Shown here piece by piece: positions 52,669-61,717 of a stretch of 64,000 bases of DNA; within the stretch, counting starts at the first letter, position 1, and each line of letters opens with the position of its first letter. The notes under the pieces were generated by a model. That model saw only the letters and a list, made by a program, of their open reading frames with translations. It was not told the origin of the DNA and made no database searches. Source of the stretch: Mariniblastus sp. (GTDB lineage: Bacteria; Planctomycetota; Planctomycetia; Pirellulales; Pirellulaceae); contig JAKVBF010000010.1 of assembly GCA_022447555.1 (NCBI GenBank), positions 205,257 through 269,256 of the forward strand, written 5' to 3'. Made by a program: the position numbers and the translations under genes.

Positions 52669-54323
52669 ATCATCATTCGGAAATCGCGGACGATCTTTAC
52701 GACCAGCAATTGGCGGATTTGATATCCAAATTAGCTGATGGCTTTGGGCGAGGCGAGGAATATGAGCTAGAGGACGTTTGCCAACAGCATCCCAGATTTG
52801 AAGAAGATCTGAGGATGCTGTGGGGTACTATCTCCGTTACCCGAGCGGCCGGTCAGCAGCAACCTGCGGGAGAAACCTTGGCGGCGGAGCCTTTTGATTC
52901 CTCGGTTTCCGCATTGGAATTGCCTTATGATCTAGGAAACTATCGGCTAGAGCAGGAAATTGGCCGAGGTGGAATGGGGATTGTCTATCGCGCCACACGC
53001 AAGGTGGACAAGCGTGCCGTTGCCATCAAGATGATTCTGCGAGGTGACTTCGCGTCGACTGCCGACCGCCAACGTTTTCAGGCGGAAGCCGATGCGGCAG
53101 CTCAATTGGACCATCCAAACATCGTCCCGATTTATGAAATCGGCGAGCATGAGGGCCAAGCTTTTTTCTGTATGCGTCTGATTGAAGGTCAAACGCTTTC
53201 ACAGCGGTTGGCCCAAGGCCCCATCTCCGCTCGACAAGCGGCTCAGCTTTTGTTGGAAATCAGCCGTGCGATTGACGACGCTCACGAGCATGGTGTCTTG
53301 CATCGCGACTTGAAGCCATCGAATATTTTAATCGATCAATCGGGGCAGGCTTTTGTGGCGGACTTTGGCCTGGCCAAGCGGGCTGCTGCTCCTGCCAGCC
53401 TGACAAAATCCGGGGCCGTTTTAGGAACTCCCTCTTATATGGCTCCGGAACAGGCTGCGGGTGCTAGAGGGCAGGTTGGTTCGGCAAGCGATGTCTACAG
53501 TTTGGGTGCCATTTTATATCACGCGTTAACAGGGCACCCGCCGTTCCGCGGTGAATCACCAGTGGATACCGTGTTAATGGTTCTCGAACAGGATCCAATC
53601 TTACCGAGAGAGTTGAATCGGCGGGTCAATCGAGACCTCGAGATGATTGCGATGCGTTGTCTTCAAAAGCCACAGGATTTGCGCTATGATTCGGCCGGTG
53701 AGCTGGCCGACGATCTACAGGCCTTTCTGAACGATGAGTCGATTTCTGCCCGTGAGGGTAGGGTGGGACAAGTCATTGCTAACCTTTTTCGTGAAACCCA
53801 CCATGCCTCGGTGCTAGAAAATTGGGGTTTGATATGGATGTGGCACAGTTTGGCCTTACTGGTCACTTGCCTAGTCACGCAAGCCATGTTTGAGTTCCAC
53901 TTCCGTGTTTATCAGTACGTGTTGGTCTGGACGGTTGGATTCGGAGCTTGGGTCGCGGTATTTTGGTGGCTACGACGTCGCATGGGACCGGTTACATTCG
54001 TTGAGCGACAAATTGCGCATGTTTGGGCTGCCAGTCTCTGCATGGTGGTTTTCATGTTCCCTCTTGAATATCATCTGGGGCTTCAGCCATTGGCTTTAGC
54101 GCCGTTTTTAGGGGTGGTTGCTGGCATGACCTTCGTCATTAAGGCAGGGATCCTATCGGGTTGGTTCTATTGCCATGCATTCGTCTTGTTTCTGACGGCC
54201 ATCATTATGGCGATCTTCCCAACGTATGCGATGGTGATTTTTGGTTTGGTCTCAGCGGCCTGTTTCTATTTCCCTGGCCTCAAGTACTACCGCCGTCGGA
54301 TCTCTAACTCGGTCGGTGAGTGA
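52665..54323 (+). CDS. Hanks-type Ser/Thr protein kinase with C-terminal polytopic membrane domain
   Basis: GRGGMGIVY, AIK, HRDLKPSNIL, DFGLAK and SYMAPE motifs. About 6 hydrophobic helices lie in the last ~170 aa. The GTG start overlaps the sigma stop (GTGA). Confidence 0.9.
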   Translation: MNHHSEIADDLYDQQLADLISKLADGFGRGEEYELEDVCQQHPRFEEDLRMLWGTISVTRAAGQQQPAGETLAAEPFDSSVSALELPYDLGNYRLEQEIGRGGMGIVYRATRKVDKRAVAIKMILRGDFASTADRQRFQAEADAAAQLDHPNIVPIYEIGEHEGQAFFCMRLIEGQTLSQRLAQGPISARQAAQLLLEISRAIDDAHEHGVLHRDLKPSNILIDQSGQAFVADFGLAKRAAAPASLTKSGAVLGTPSYMAPEQAAGARGQVGSASDVYSLGAILYHALTGHPPFRGESPVDTVLMVLEQDPILPRELNRRVNRDLEMIAMRCLQKPQDLRYDSAGELADDLQAFLNDESISAREGRVGQVIANLFRETHHASVLENWGLIWMWHSLALLVTCLVTQAMFEFHFRVYQYVLVWTVGFGAWVAVFWWLRRRMGPVTFVERQIAHVWAASLCMVVFMFPLEYHLGLQPLALAPFLGVVAGMTFVIKAGILSGWFYCHAFVLFLTAIIMAIFPTYAMVIFGLVSAACFYFPGLKYYRRRISNSVGE

Positions 54324-54765
54324 TAGGCCAACAACCGTTGCTCGGTACGGTTGCGATACCGTGTCATCTCTACCTTTCGTTTGTGATCCTGCCTGCGGTA
54401 AACATCCTTGACGTCCTTCGCGGTGAATCGTCAACATTGGTGAATTTTTACACCAATTCGTCACCGGTACGTTTGGCAAAAAGCCTTGTTGTAACGGTTG
54501 CGCGTTGCCCGGATATAAGAGTGAGAGATGGCTCACTGAGGGCGAAGAAATAAAGCTTTATTTCGTCGGCAAAGTTTGACTGATCGATTTTGTGGCATAG
54601 GTTTTTAATGCACGAGAATGAGGTGTGCTGGATTTAATTTGGCACGACAGCTTTTGTGCTTGTTCTAGTCATTGACCGCCGTGTCGTTGCGGCAAAATGT
54701 GATGTTTTTTTTAGCCAGGTAGTCTCCGGACATTGCCGGCTTAATCCTGCCACTCGGAGGAAGAC

Positions 54766-54951
54766 ATGAAATCTATCGCTACCAAAGTCCAGAGGTTTTT
54801 GAAATCTGAAGACGGACCTACTGCCGTTGAATATGCCATTATGTTAGCCCTGATCGTGATTGTTTGCTTGACAGCCATTCAGGCGGTTGGAACCAATGCT
54901 TCAGCGGCATTCCAAAACATTGCAGAGGAGCTGGAAAACGTTAGCCCTTAG
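54766..54951 (+). CDS. flp: Flp family type IVb pilin
   Basis: 61 aa. Leader then G/PTAVEYAIMLALIVIV (Flp motif with the E-Y pair). GGAGGA RBS. Confidence 0.88.
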   Translation: MKSIATKVQRFLKSEDGPTAVEYAIMLALIVIVCLTAIQAVGTNASAAFQNIAEELENVSP

Positions 54952-55000
54952 ATTGTTTGATCGGGTGATTGATTTCGCCGAGCGTTATTAAAACAAAGGG

Positions 55001-55032
55001 CCCACCGGTCCTTGCATGATCGGTGGGTTTTT
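55001..55032 (+). terminator. intrinsic terminator/attenuator downstream of flp
   Basis: CCCACCGGTC...GATCGGTGGG stem (one mismatch) followed by T5. Confidence 0.65.
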
Positions 55033-55297
55033 CCTTTGACTTTAAGGGATGGAAACGTGGCCGAAGTCCTCGAAGGAGTGCTAGGCCATCTTCAGTCCAT
55101 TCACTAAGGGAAGGTAACCATGAATTGGTGTTACTCGCCTGATTGTTATGGCGAGGCGTTTGCAAGGGTCTGTTATTTTTCACCGGTCATCGCCGTTGTT
55201 GCAGATTTTATTTTCAGGGTGCGATCTGGATGACGACCAGTATGAATTTTCAATCAGATTTTACCTGCTGGAACACGAGGAATTCGGGAGAGCAAAA

Positions 55298-55870
55298 GTG
55301 AGTATTTTACAATCAGTGATGGAGAACTGGCCTTACTGGGCCGTGACTGGGTTTGTCATTGTGGCGGCCTACATCGATGGCAAAGAGCTTCGGGTGCCCA
55401 ATAAAATCACTTACCCGATGATCCTTGCTGGATGGGTCTATAGCATGCTCAGTTATGGCATGGCCGGCGATGGCTGGTATATGGGGTTTGTTTGGAGCTT
55501 GGCAGGAACTGCCGTAGGCCTGGCAACACTTTTGCCTGCGTATTCCGTAGGTGCTATGGGAGCGGGGGACGTCAAAATGATGGCTGCGGTTGGAGCCTGG
55601 GTTTATTGCTGGACGACGTTTTATGCCTTTTGCCTGTCAGCCATTGTGGGTGCCGTTTTAGCCGTTGCGATGATCCTGTTGTCTGGAGAGGCCAAAAAAC
55701 ATTGGCATCAGATTTTCTTCTTGTTCAATGAAATCATGACGGTGAGAAATCCAGAAACACTTTCGGCCATCGCTGCCGATCGGAAGAGCTCGATGCGTTT
55801 GCTGCCTTATGGCATTCCGCTGGCAATTGGAACCGTCACCTACTTTGCTTGGATGGGTTTACTCGTCTAA
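55298..55870 (+). CDS. cpaA: A24-family prepilin peptidase CpaA/TadV
   Basis: Polytopic with the GAGDVKMMAAVG catalytic Asp motif. ORF open from 55148. The GTG at 55298 is preceded by GGGAGAG. Confidence 0.8.
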   Translation: MSILQSVMENWPYWAVTGFVIVAAYIDGKELRVPNKITYPMILAGWVYSMLSYGMAGDGWYMGFVWSLAGTAVGLATLLPAYSVGAMGAGDVKMMAAVGAWVYCWTTFYAFCLSAIVGAVLAVAMILLSGEAKKHWHQIFFLFNEIMTVRNPETLSAIAADRKSSMRLLPYGIPLAIGTVTYFAWMGLLV

Positions 55871-56172
55871 ATGAGGGTAAACCTTTGTTGGATACGGGGA
55901 TCGCGACCTCGAAACCCGACTTCCGGTTTTTCGGATTTTGACTGTAATCACCCGATAACTTGCATTATTGGACCTCAGCGCCCGGTTAGTCGAAATTTAT
56001 AGGAGGATAGACACAACGCCTACAGTCGCCACAAGACCAATAACTGTGCGTGAAAAGTAGACCTTGAGGATTACATGGATCGTAACTTCTCGCTTGCTTT
56101 TTGAGATAGGGATTGAGAATTCCGTTACGACCCCTCGCATCCACTTGCAAACTCTGACCCGAGGTAGCTGAA

Positions 56173-57123
56173 ATGAAATCTAAATCCCTTGTTCTTTTGA
56201 TGGTTTCACTGGGGTTCGGCGTGATTGCCGCTGTGGGCATTAGTAAGGTGATGGGATCAGGTAGCGCCGTACGGCCTGCGATCAAAATGGGGCCTGTCTT
56301 GGTGGCCACGACGCCGTTGGACCATGGAACATTATTGAACGGGGATAATTTAAAGGTCGAAAACTGGCCGGTGCAAATTATTCCGGACGATGCAGCCACG
56401 GACCTTGAGATGGTCAAGAACATGGCCATTACCACGCGTTTGAGCAAAGGTCTCGCGATTCTGAAGGCGGACATGGTTAATAAGAGTGAAATCAGAAACC
56501 TTGCGATTCCAGGTCACCTAAAAGTGGTCGGAATCAAAGTATCAGCGGATGACACATTAAACGGTCTTTTGGCGCCTGGTGACAAAGTGGACGTTATCGG
56601 CGTGGTTCGCGTCGAAGATGATATTGATGGCCGCAAAGACAGGACGGTGTCAGAGACCTTCCTAAAGGGGATTACGGTTTTTTCTGTCAATGAGAACATG
56701 CGGGCTGGCGGGGCACGTGAACTGTCTAAAGCCAAAAATAGCTCAATAGTAAGCTTGTTGGTCGATGAACGACAATCCGAGATGATTGTTCTGATCCAGC
56801 AGGTTGCAACCCTGAAATTGGTACTTCGTGGCCAAGACTTTGATGACGATTCTAAAGAAGTTGCTGGCACTCAAGAGTATTTCATGAGCCTTTTTGGTTT
56901 GGATGGTTCTGTAACCGGTAATACACCGCGATTTAAAATCAATCCAAATGACGAGAAGCACACGATGCGGATTTATAATGGCCAGAGTGCCCAAACCTTT
57001 GAATTTAAAGGTAATGAGCCGATTGCCGACACCCAAACCATCGATACCAATTCGGTAATTGGTGACGATCCTGACGATTACGACCGTTTCAACGAAATTG
57101 AAAGCGGTTTGGAAGAAAATTAA
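56173..57123 (+). CDS. cpaB: Flp pilus assembly protein CpaB/RcpC
   Basis: N-terminal anchor MKSKSLVLLMVSLGFGVIAAVG, then a SAF-like and a beta-rich CpaB-type region. Sits between the peptidase and the secretin. Confidence 0.78.
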   Translation: MKSKSLVLLMVSLGFGVIAAVGISKVMGSGSAVRPAIKMGPVLVATTPLDHGTLLNGDNLKVENWPVQIIPDDAATDLEMVKNMAITTRLSKGLAILKADMVNKSEIRNLAIPGHLKVVGIKVSADDTLNGLLAPGDKVDVIGVVRVEDDIDGRKDRTVSETFLKGITVFSVNENMRAGGARELSKAKNSSIVSLLVDERQSEMIVLIQQVATLKLVLRGQDFDDDSKEVAGTQEYFMSLFGLDGSVTGNTPRFKINPNDEKHTMRIYNGQSAQTFEFKGNEPIADTQTIDTNSVIGDDPDDYDRFNEIESGLEEN

Positions 57124-57302
57124 TATCCGGGCGGATAGGTTCGAAACAATTATACGTGACGCATGCATTTAAAGGCTTGTGCACGCAACCATGAGTTTGC
57201 GGGGAAACGGACGCGCCCCCGCGCATGAATCTTATGTTTCAACTTATATGGCAGCCAACTGTGGGTCTCGCAGTCCAATTGCCAGCCGCAAAGGAAATAC
57301 AA

Positions 57303-58988
57303 ATGAGCATTCTCAAGACATTGGCTCTGTGGATCTCGTTTTTCGCCGTTGCTGTTCTGATGGGCCAATCCGCAACTGCCAAACAAGGCCTAGAATCTAG
57401 TTTTCAAATTACGGAAGCGATCAATCAAGTAGATGTGATTGCGGGGAATAGCCGTCGGATTCGGTTCGATTACAAAGTGCCGGAACTACTGGTCGAAAAT
57501 CCAGAAATTGTAAAGGCTACCCCCATTTCCCCTAGTGAAATTCTCATCACTGGCGTCAAGCCAGGGCTTTCGACGGTGACTGTAAGTGACCCAGACAAGA
57601 ATCTGCAAACGATCACGGTCAATGTCACTGCGGATGTCCGACGTTTAGAGGCCGCCATACGAACCTATTTCCCCGACTGTTCGATCAAGGTGCACGCATT
57701 ACAGACCGGTGTGATCGTTGCGGGCATGGTCACACAAACGGATCAGGTCGGGAAAATCATGGCCGTGGCACAGGACTACTTTCCCTCCAACGTGATCAAC
57801 CAATTGCAAGTTGATACTGCTCAATTGGTGGCGATCAAGGTCAAAGTCTATGAGGTTTCTCGGACTAAGCTGAGGAAATTAGGAGTCGATTGGGCTTTGC
57901 TGGGTCAACAAGTGACGCTCGGCTCTAGCATCGCAGGCTTGATTGGTAATATTGGTATTGGGACGCAAACCGTAGCGGGTCAGGGTCAGACATTCACGTT
58001 TGGATTGGTCGGAGACAACTCTTCGTTTGTTGCCTTGCTAGATGCTTTGGAGCAATATAACGTGGCCAAGTTGTTAGACCAGCCAACGCTGGTGGCTCAG
58101 CATGGACGACCGGCAGAGTTTCTTTCAGGTGGGGAAATTCCGGTTCAGGTGGCCAGTGGTTTAGGGACTAATTCGATCGAGTATCGTCCCTTCGGAACAA
58201 AACTCGACATTGTTCCTTTGGTTCACGGACATGGTGAATTGACTCTAGAAGTGCGGGCTGAGGTTTCTGAATTGGCATCGGACTTGGCTGGTGAAGATGG
58301 CAGTCCGGGGTTTCGTGTTCGTCGCGTCAACACGGGGGTCCGCATGAAAGCCGGGCATACGTTAGCTCTGGCTGGTGACTATCGTGAAGAGGTCGAGGAC
58401 GAGAGCCGCGGTCTGCCCCATTTGATGCATTCCCCTTTATGGGGACCGATGTTTCGGACGGTGAAAGAGAAAGTTAATGAAACCGAGCTGGTTTTCATGA
58501 TCACTCCAAGGTTCATTAGTGAAGTGGATCCTACGGCCGTGCCTAAACTTGGCGTTGGGCAGTTGACCCAATCCCCTTCTAATCGAGAGCTTTATATTAA
58601 CGGCTACTTAGAAGTACCGCGGTGTCGGGATGAGTGCCCCATGAACGATCGGTTCGATGATCCGGTCACTCAGCAGGGGCCACAAATTCAACGGTCGATT
58701 CAGCAAAACATTCGGCATCCCGCCCCCCTTCATTCATCCCGACGAGATCTCAATCACTCAGCTTACTCCCAACGCTCTAATGGGAATCGTCCCGCGCCCT
58801 ATCGTCCAAGATCGTATCAGATGGTGCCGACACCGGCGGTAGCGCCTCCCTCACGGAGTGCCGTCCCGCAGCCGATCACTGGCACATCTAGGTTGAAACC
58901 CGCTCCGGTCGAGATCGTGCCCCCCTCCCCGAATCAGTTTCCCAACGATTTTAACGAACCAACCAACGGACCTTCCAATTCCAACTGA
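57303..58988 (+). CDS. cpaC: CpaC/RcpA secretin with Pro-rich C-terminal extension
   Basis: BON-like N-domain and the secretin core LLDQPTLVAQHGRPAEFLSGGEIPV...LVFMITPRF. ATG at 57303 after AAGGA. ORF open from 57225. Confidence 0.85.
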   Translation: MSILKTLALWISFFAVAVLMGQSATAKQGLESSFQITEAINQVDVIAGNSRRIRFDYKVPELLVENPEIVKATPISPSEILITGVKPGLSTVTVSDPDKNLQTITVNVTADVRRLEAAIRTYFPDCSIKVHALQTGVIVAGMVTQTDQVGKIMAVAQDYFPSNVINQLQVDTAQLVAIKVKVYEVSRTKLRKLGVDWALLGQQVTLGSSIAGLIGNIGIGTQTVAGQGQTFTFGLVGDNSSFVALLDALEQYNVAKLLDQPTLVAQHGRPAEFLSGGEIPVQVASGLGTNSIEYRPFGTKLDIVPLVHGHGELTLEVRAEVSELASDLAGEDGSPGFRVRRVNTGVRMKAGHTLALAGDYREEVEDESRGLPHLMHSPLWGPMFRTVKEKVNETELVFMITPRFISEVDPTAVPKLGVGQLTQSPSNRELYINGYLEVPRCRDECPMNDRFDDPVTQQGPQIQRSIQQNIRHPAPLHSSRRDLNHSAYSQRSNGNRPAPYRPRSYQMVPTPAVAPPSRSAVPQPITGTSRLKPAPVEIVPPSPNQFPNDFNEPTNGPSNSN

Positions 58989-59068
58989 GCTGCCCAGCAA
59001 CGACTGGACTTGTCGTCGAACCACCCGGGTTGACGGCCTCCACTCCCTGCCCCATTGATGGATTTTTA

Positions 59069-60274
59069 ATGAGCGTAACTTTAAGAATATCAATTTGCGA
59101 CCCCAATGAGACCAGTCGGGATGATCTCAAGAAGTACTTGATTGGAATGGAAAATATTTGGCTTGAAGCTGACTGTTCGCGGTACGAATTCTTTGGTGAG
59201 ATCGTCGAGCAGACGACACCTGATCTAGCTATTATTGATGTTGATTCCCAGGAAAAAAGCGCGCTTAAATTGATTGAGAGCATCCATCGTAAATTCCCCA
59301 AAATGGGAATTGTGGCCATCAGTTCTCGATCAGATGGTTCCTTGATTTTATCGGCGATGCGCGCTGGAGCTCGCGAATACTTGAATTCCCCTGTTCAGAT
59401 TGAAGAATTGGTGGGGGCATTGGATCGAGTGGCTTCTCTTTCGGCTGATGGAACCGGACGGTCCAAAAAGTCGGGAGCCATTATTTCCGTAGCCGGTGTT
59501 TCTGGTGGAGTGGGCACCACGTCGGTTGCCGTTAACATTGCCTGCTCTTTGGCCAAGGTTCCGGATCACAGTGTTGCTTTGGTTGATCTGGACTTGTCTT
59601 TAGGAGATGCTGACGTTTTTCTAGACATGATCCCTGAGTACACATTGTTAGACGTGACGCAAAATATTTCGCGTTTGGATCTCTCCCTGATGAGGAAATC
59701 ACTCACGAAGCACGAATCAGGGGTCCATCTGCTTCCCCGTCCGATCCAGTTGCAGGATATCCAAGCTATCGAGACCGAAGACTTCAAAAAAGTGATTGGG
59801 CTTCTTCGTGCTTCGTTCACGCATCTTGTGATTGACCTGTCCAAATCTTACAACCCCTTGGATATTGCAACCCTGCAATTGTCAGATCATATTTTAATGC
59901 TGACGCAGCTTGATTTGCCATGTTTGAGGAATGTGGTGCGCCTATTGTCTTCGCTGGAGTCGTTTGAAGGCGTCAATGAGAAGATTAAAATTGTGGTTAA
60001 TCGCACCGCGCCTGATAAGAGCCAAATCAGTGCCCAAAAGGCTGAAGAGACCATTGATCGGGAGATTTTCTGGCAGATTCCCAACAACTACCGGGTGATA
60101 TCAGAATGCCGAAATAACGGGATACCTCTGCAAACTCACTCGCCCAAAGCTGCCATCACGGTATCGATCAATGAGCTCGCTCGAAAGTTGGCAGGAGATA
60201 GAAACGAGGGTCCTGGTTCAGCCACTGCAGGGAATGACAAGAAAATTGGTTGGCTCAAATTTCTTTCGAAGTAG
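59069..60274 (+). CDS. cpaE: CpaE/TadZ-like pilus localisation protein (receiver-like domain + ParA/MinD-fold domain)
   Basis: N-terminal receiver-like fold (RISICDPNE...LAIIDVD), then ISVAGVSGGVGTTSVAVNIA, a degenerate deviant Walker A. ORF open from 59030. Confidence 0.78.
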   Translation: MSVTLRISICDPNETSRDDLKKYLIGMENIWLEADCSRYEFFGEIVEQTTPDLAIIDVDSQEKSALKLIESIHRKFPKMGIVAISSRSDGSLILSAMRAGAREYLNSPVQIEELVGALDRVASLSADGTGRSKKSGAIISVAGVSGGVGTTSVAVNIACSLAKVPDHSVALVDLDLSLGDADVFLDMIPEYTLLDVTQNISRLDLSLMRKSLTKHESGVHLLPRPIQLQDIQAIETEDFKKVIGLLRASFTHLVIDLSKSYNPLDIATLQLSDHILMLTQLDLPCLRNVVRLLSSLESFEGVNEKIKIVVNRTAPDKSQISAQKAEETIDREIFWQIPNNYRVISECRNNGIPLQTHSPKAAITVSINELARKLAGDRNEGPGSATAGNDKKIGWLKFLSK

Positions 60275-60403
60275 TTAGAGTGGCAACCTTGGCGTACCCG
60301 CAACGGGCACTCGGGTGGTATTCCCTTCTCGCGTTGTGGTATCTTTATTGTAAGACCTTTTAAAGGGGGTGCGGATAGCAGGCGTTTGCTGGCCTGCCGT
60401 TGA

Positions 60404-61222
60404 TTGTCACCATGTTACCCTAGGAATAGTACCTTGCCGACACGCTTATTTACCAGTCTCTGTTTCATTGTCTTGGTGTCTACCGGGGTGGGCTGTGATT
60501 CCCAACCCGTCTCCGTTTCCGATGAAAGGTCGTCGACTCCAAATCAGGATTCTCAAAACCTGCAGGTCCCATCCTTTCACATTCCTTCTGAAACGACCCT
60601 TGACGAGCCTTCAGCTCGCCGGTTGTTTGATGGCAAAACGTTGACGGGGTGGGAAAGCACAAATTTTGGAGGTGAAGGAGAGGTCGTGGTTTCAGACGGG
60701 ACCATTCAGTTGGCAATGGGTTATCCCATGACGGGGATCACGGCGACCAGCGAAGAATTGCCGACGGACCATTACGAAATATCGCTAGATGCGATGCGCG
60801 TGGACGGAACGGATTTTTTTTGCGGACTAACCTTTCCTGTGGAAGCCTCGTATTGTTCGTTAATCGTCGGCGGTTGGGGAGGGACGTTAGTCGGCCTGTC
60901 CAGTATCGATGGTAAGGACGCGGCAAATAACGACACGATGCTGCATATGAATTTTGAAAATGGGCAATGGTACCATTTACGGGTACGAATAGCCGACCGA
61001 AGGGTTTCCGTATGGATTGACGACCAACAGGTAATTGATGAGGATCTAAAAGGTAAAGAGTTAAGCTTGCGGAATGAGATTCTTCCCTCGCGGCCCTTAG
61101 GCATTTGCGGTTTTCAATCCGAGTGTGCGATCAAAAATATTCTACTAAAACCGGTTGGTTCAGGCTCGCCCGTTTCGCCTTCGAATAACGACAACGAACC
61201 TTTGCCTGTGGGCGGCGAATGA
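60404..61222 (+). CDS. DUF1080 (3-keto-disaccharide hydrolase-like, concanavalin fold) lipoprotein
   Basis: Lipobox LVSTGVGC, then FDGKTLTGWES...QWYHLRVRIADRRVSVWIDDQQV, typical of DUF1080. The start may be the TTG at 60434. Confidence 0.65.
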   Translation: MSPCYPRNSTLPTRLFTSLCFIVLVSTGVGCDSQPVSVSDERSSTPNQDSQNLQVPSFHIPSETTLDEPSARRLFDGKTLTGWESTNFGGEGEVVVSDGTIQLAMGYPMTGITATSEELPTDHYEISLDAMRVDGTDFFCGLTFPVEASYCSLIVGGWGGTLVGLSSIDGKDAANNDTMLHMNFENGQWYHLRVRIADRRVSVWIDDQQVIDEDLKGKELSLRNEILPSRPLGICGFQSECAIKNILLKPVGSGSPVSPSNNDNEPLPVGGE

Positions 61223-61246
61223 CCCTGTAACCAAGGTGAGTCGATT

Positions 61247-61717
61247 TTGGATATACAACCTGACGATGTTTTTATGCAGCAGGCTTTGGGTTTGGCCCGA
61301 GAAGCCTTTGAATTGGACGAAGTTCCCGTCGGCGCAGTGATTGTACATGGGGGTCGCGTGATTGCAGCGGCCCATAATCGTTGCGAACAACTGCGTGATG
61401 CAACGGCCCACGCGGAAATGATGGCCATTACGCAGGCGGCAGAATCAATGGGTGATTGGCGTTTGGAAAATTGCGTTCTCTATGTCACCTTAGAGCCTTG
61501 CATCATGTGCGCTGGAGCTATTTTACGATCTCGCATTTCCAGAGTGGTATACGGAGCAATGGATCCCAAAGGTGGGGCGGTTGGGTCAATGTTCAACTTG
61601 CTAGAGGATTCACGGCTGAACCATCAATGTGAAGTGGTAGCGGGCGTTCAATCTTCGGAATGCGGAGGGATCTTAACGGAATTCTTCAAACGAAAACGCC
61701 AGATGGGCAAAAAGTAA
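61247..61717 (+). CDS. tadA: tRNA adenosine(34) deaminase
   Basis: HAEMMAI and LEPCIMCAGAI zinc-binding motifs (H-A-E ... PC-x2-C). Confidence 0.93.
   Translation: MDIQPDDVFMQQALGLAREAFELDEVPVGAVIVHGGRVIAAAHNRCEQLRDATAHAEMMAITQAAESMGDWRLENCVLYVTLEPCIMCAGAILRSRISRVVYGAMDPKGGAVGSMFNLLEDSRLNHQCEVVAGVQSSECGGILTEFFKRKRQMGKK

Noticed and set aside
54628-54650. TTGGCACGACAGCTTTTGTGC upstream of flp as a possible sigma-54 promoter
   Set aside because: The GG is present, but the position where TTGC should sit reads CTTT. The nearest GC is 5-6 nt too far, so the spacing rule fails.
55120-55230. 36-codon Cys-rich ORF (MNWCYSPDCYGEAF...) with AAGGGAAGG upstream, between flp and cpaA
   Set aside because: It has no Flp motif (so it is not a second pilin) and no family resemblance. 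It is too short to support from sequence alone, but worth a glance if Ribo-seq data exist.
55986-56474. 162-aa minus-strand ORF overlapping the start of cpaB
   Set aside because: It is antisense to a well-supported CpaB gene within a co-directional tad operon, and has no recognisable motif.
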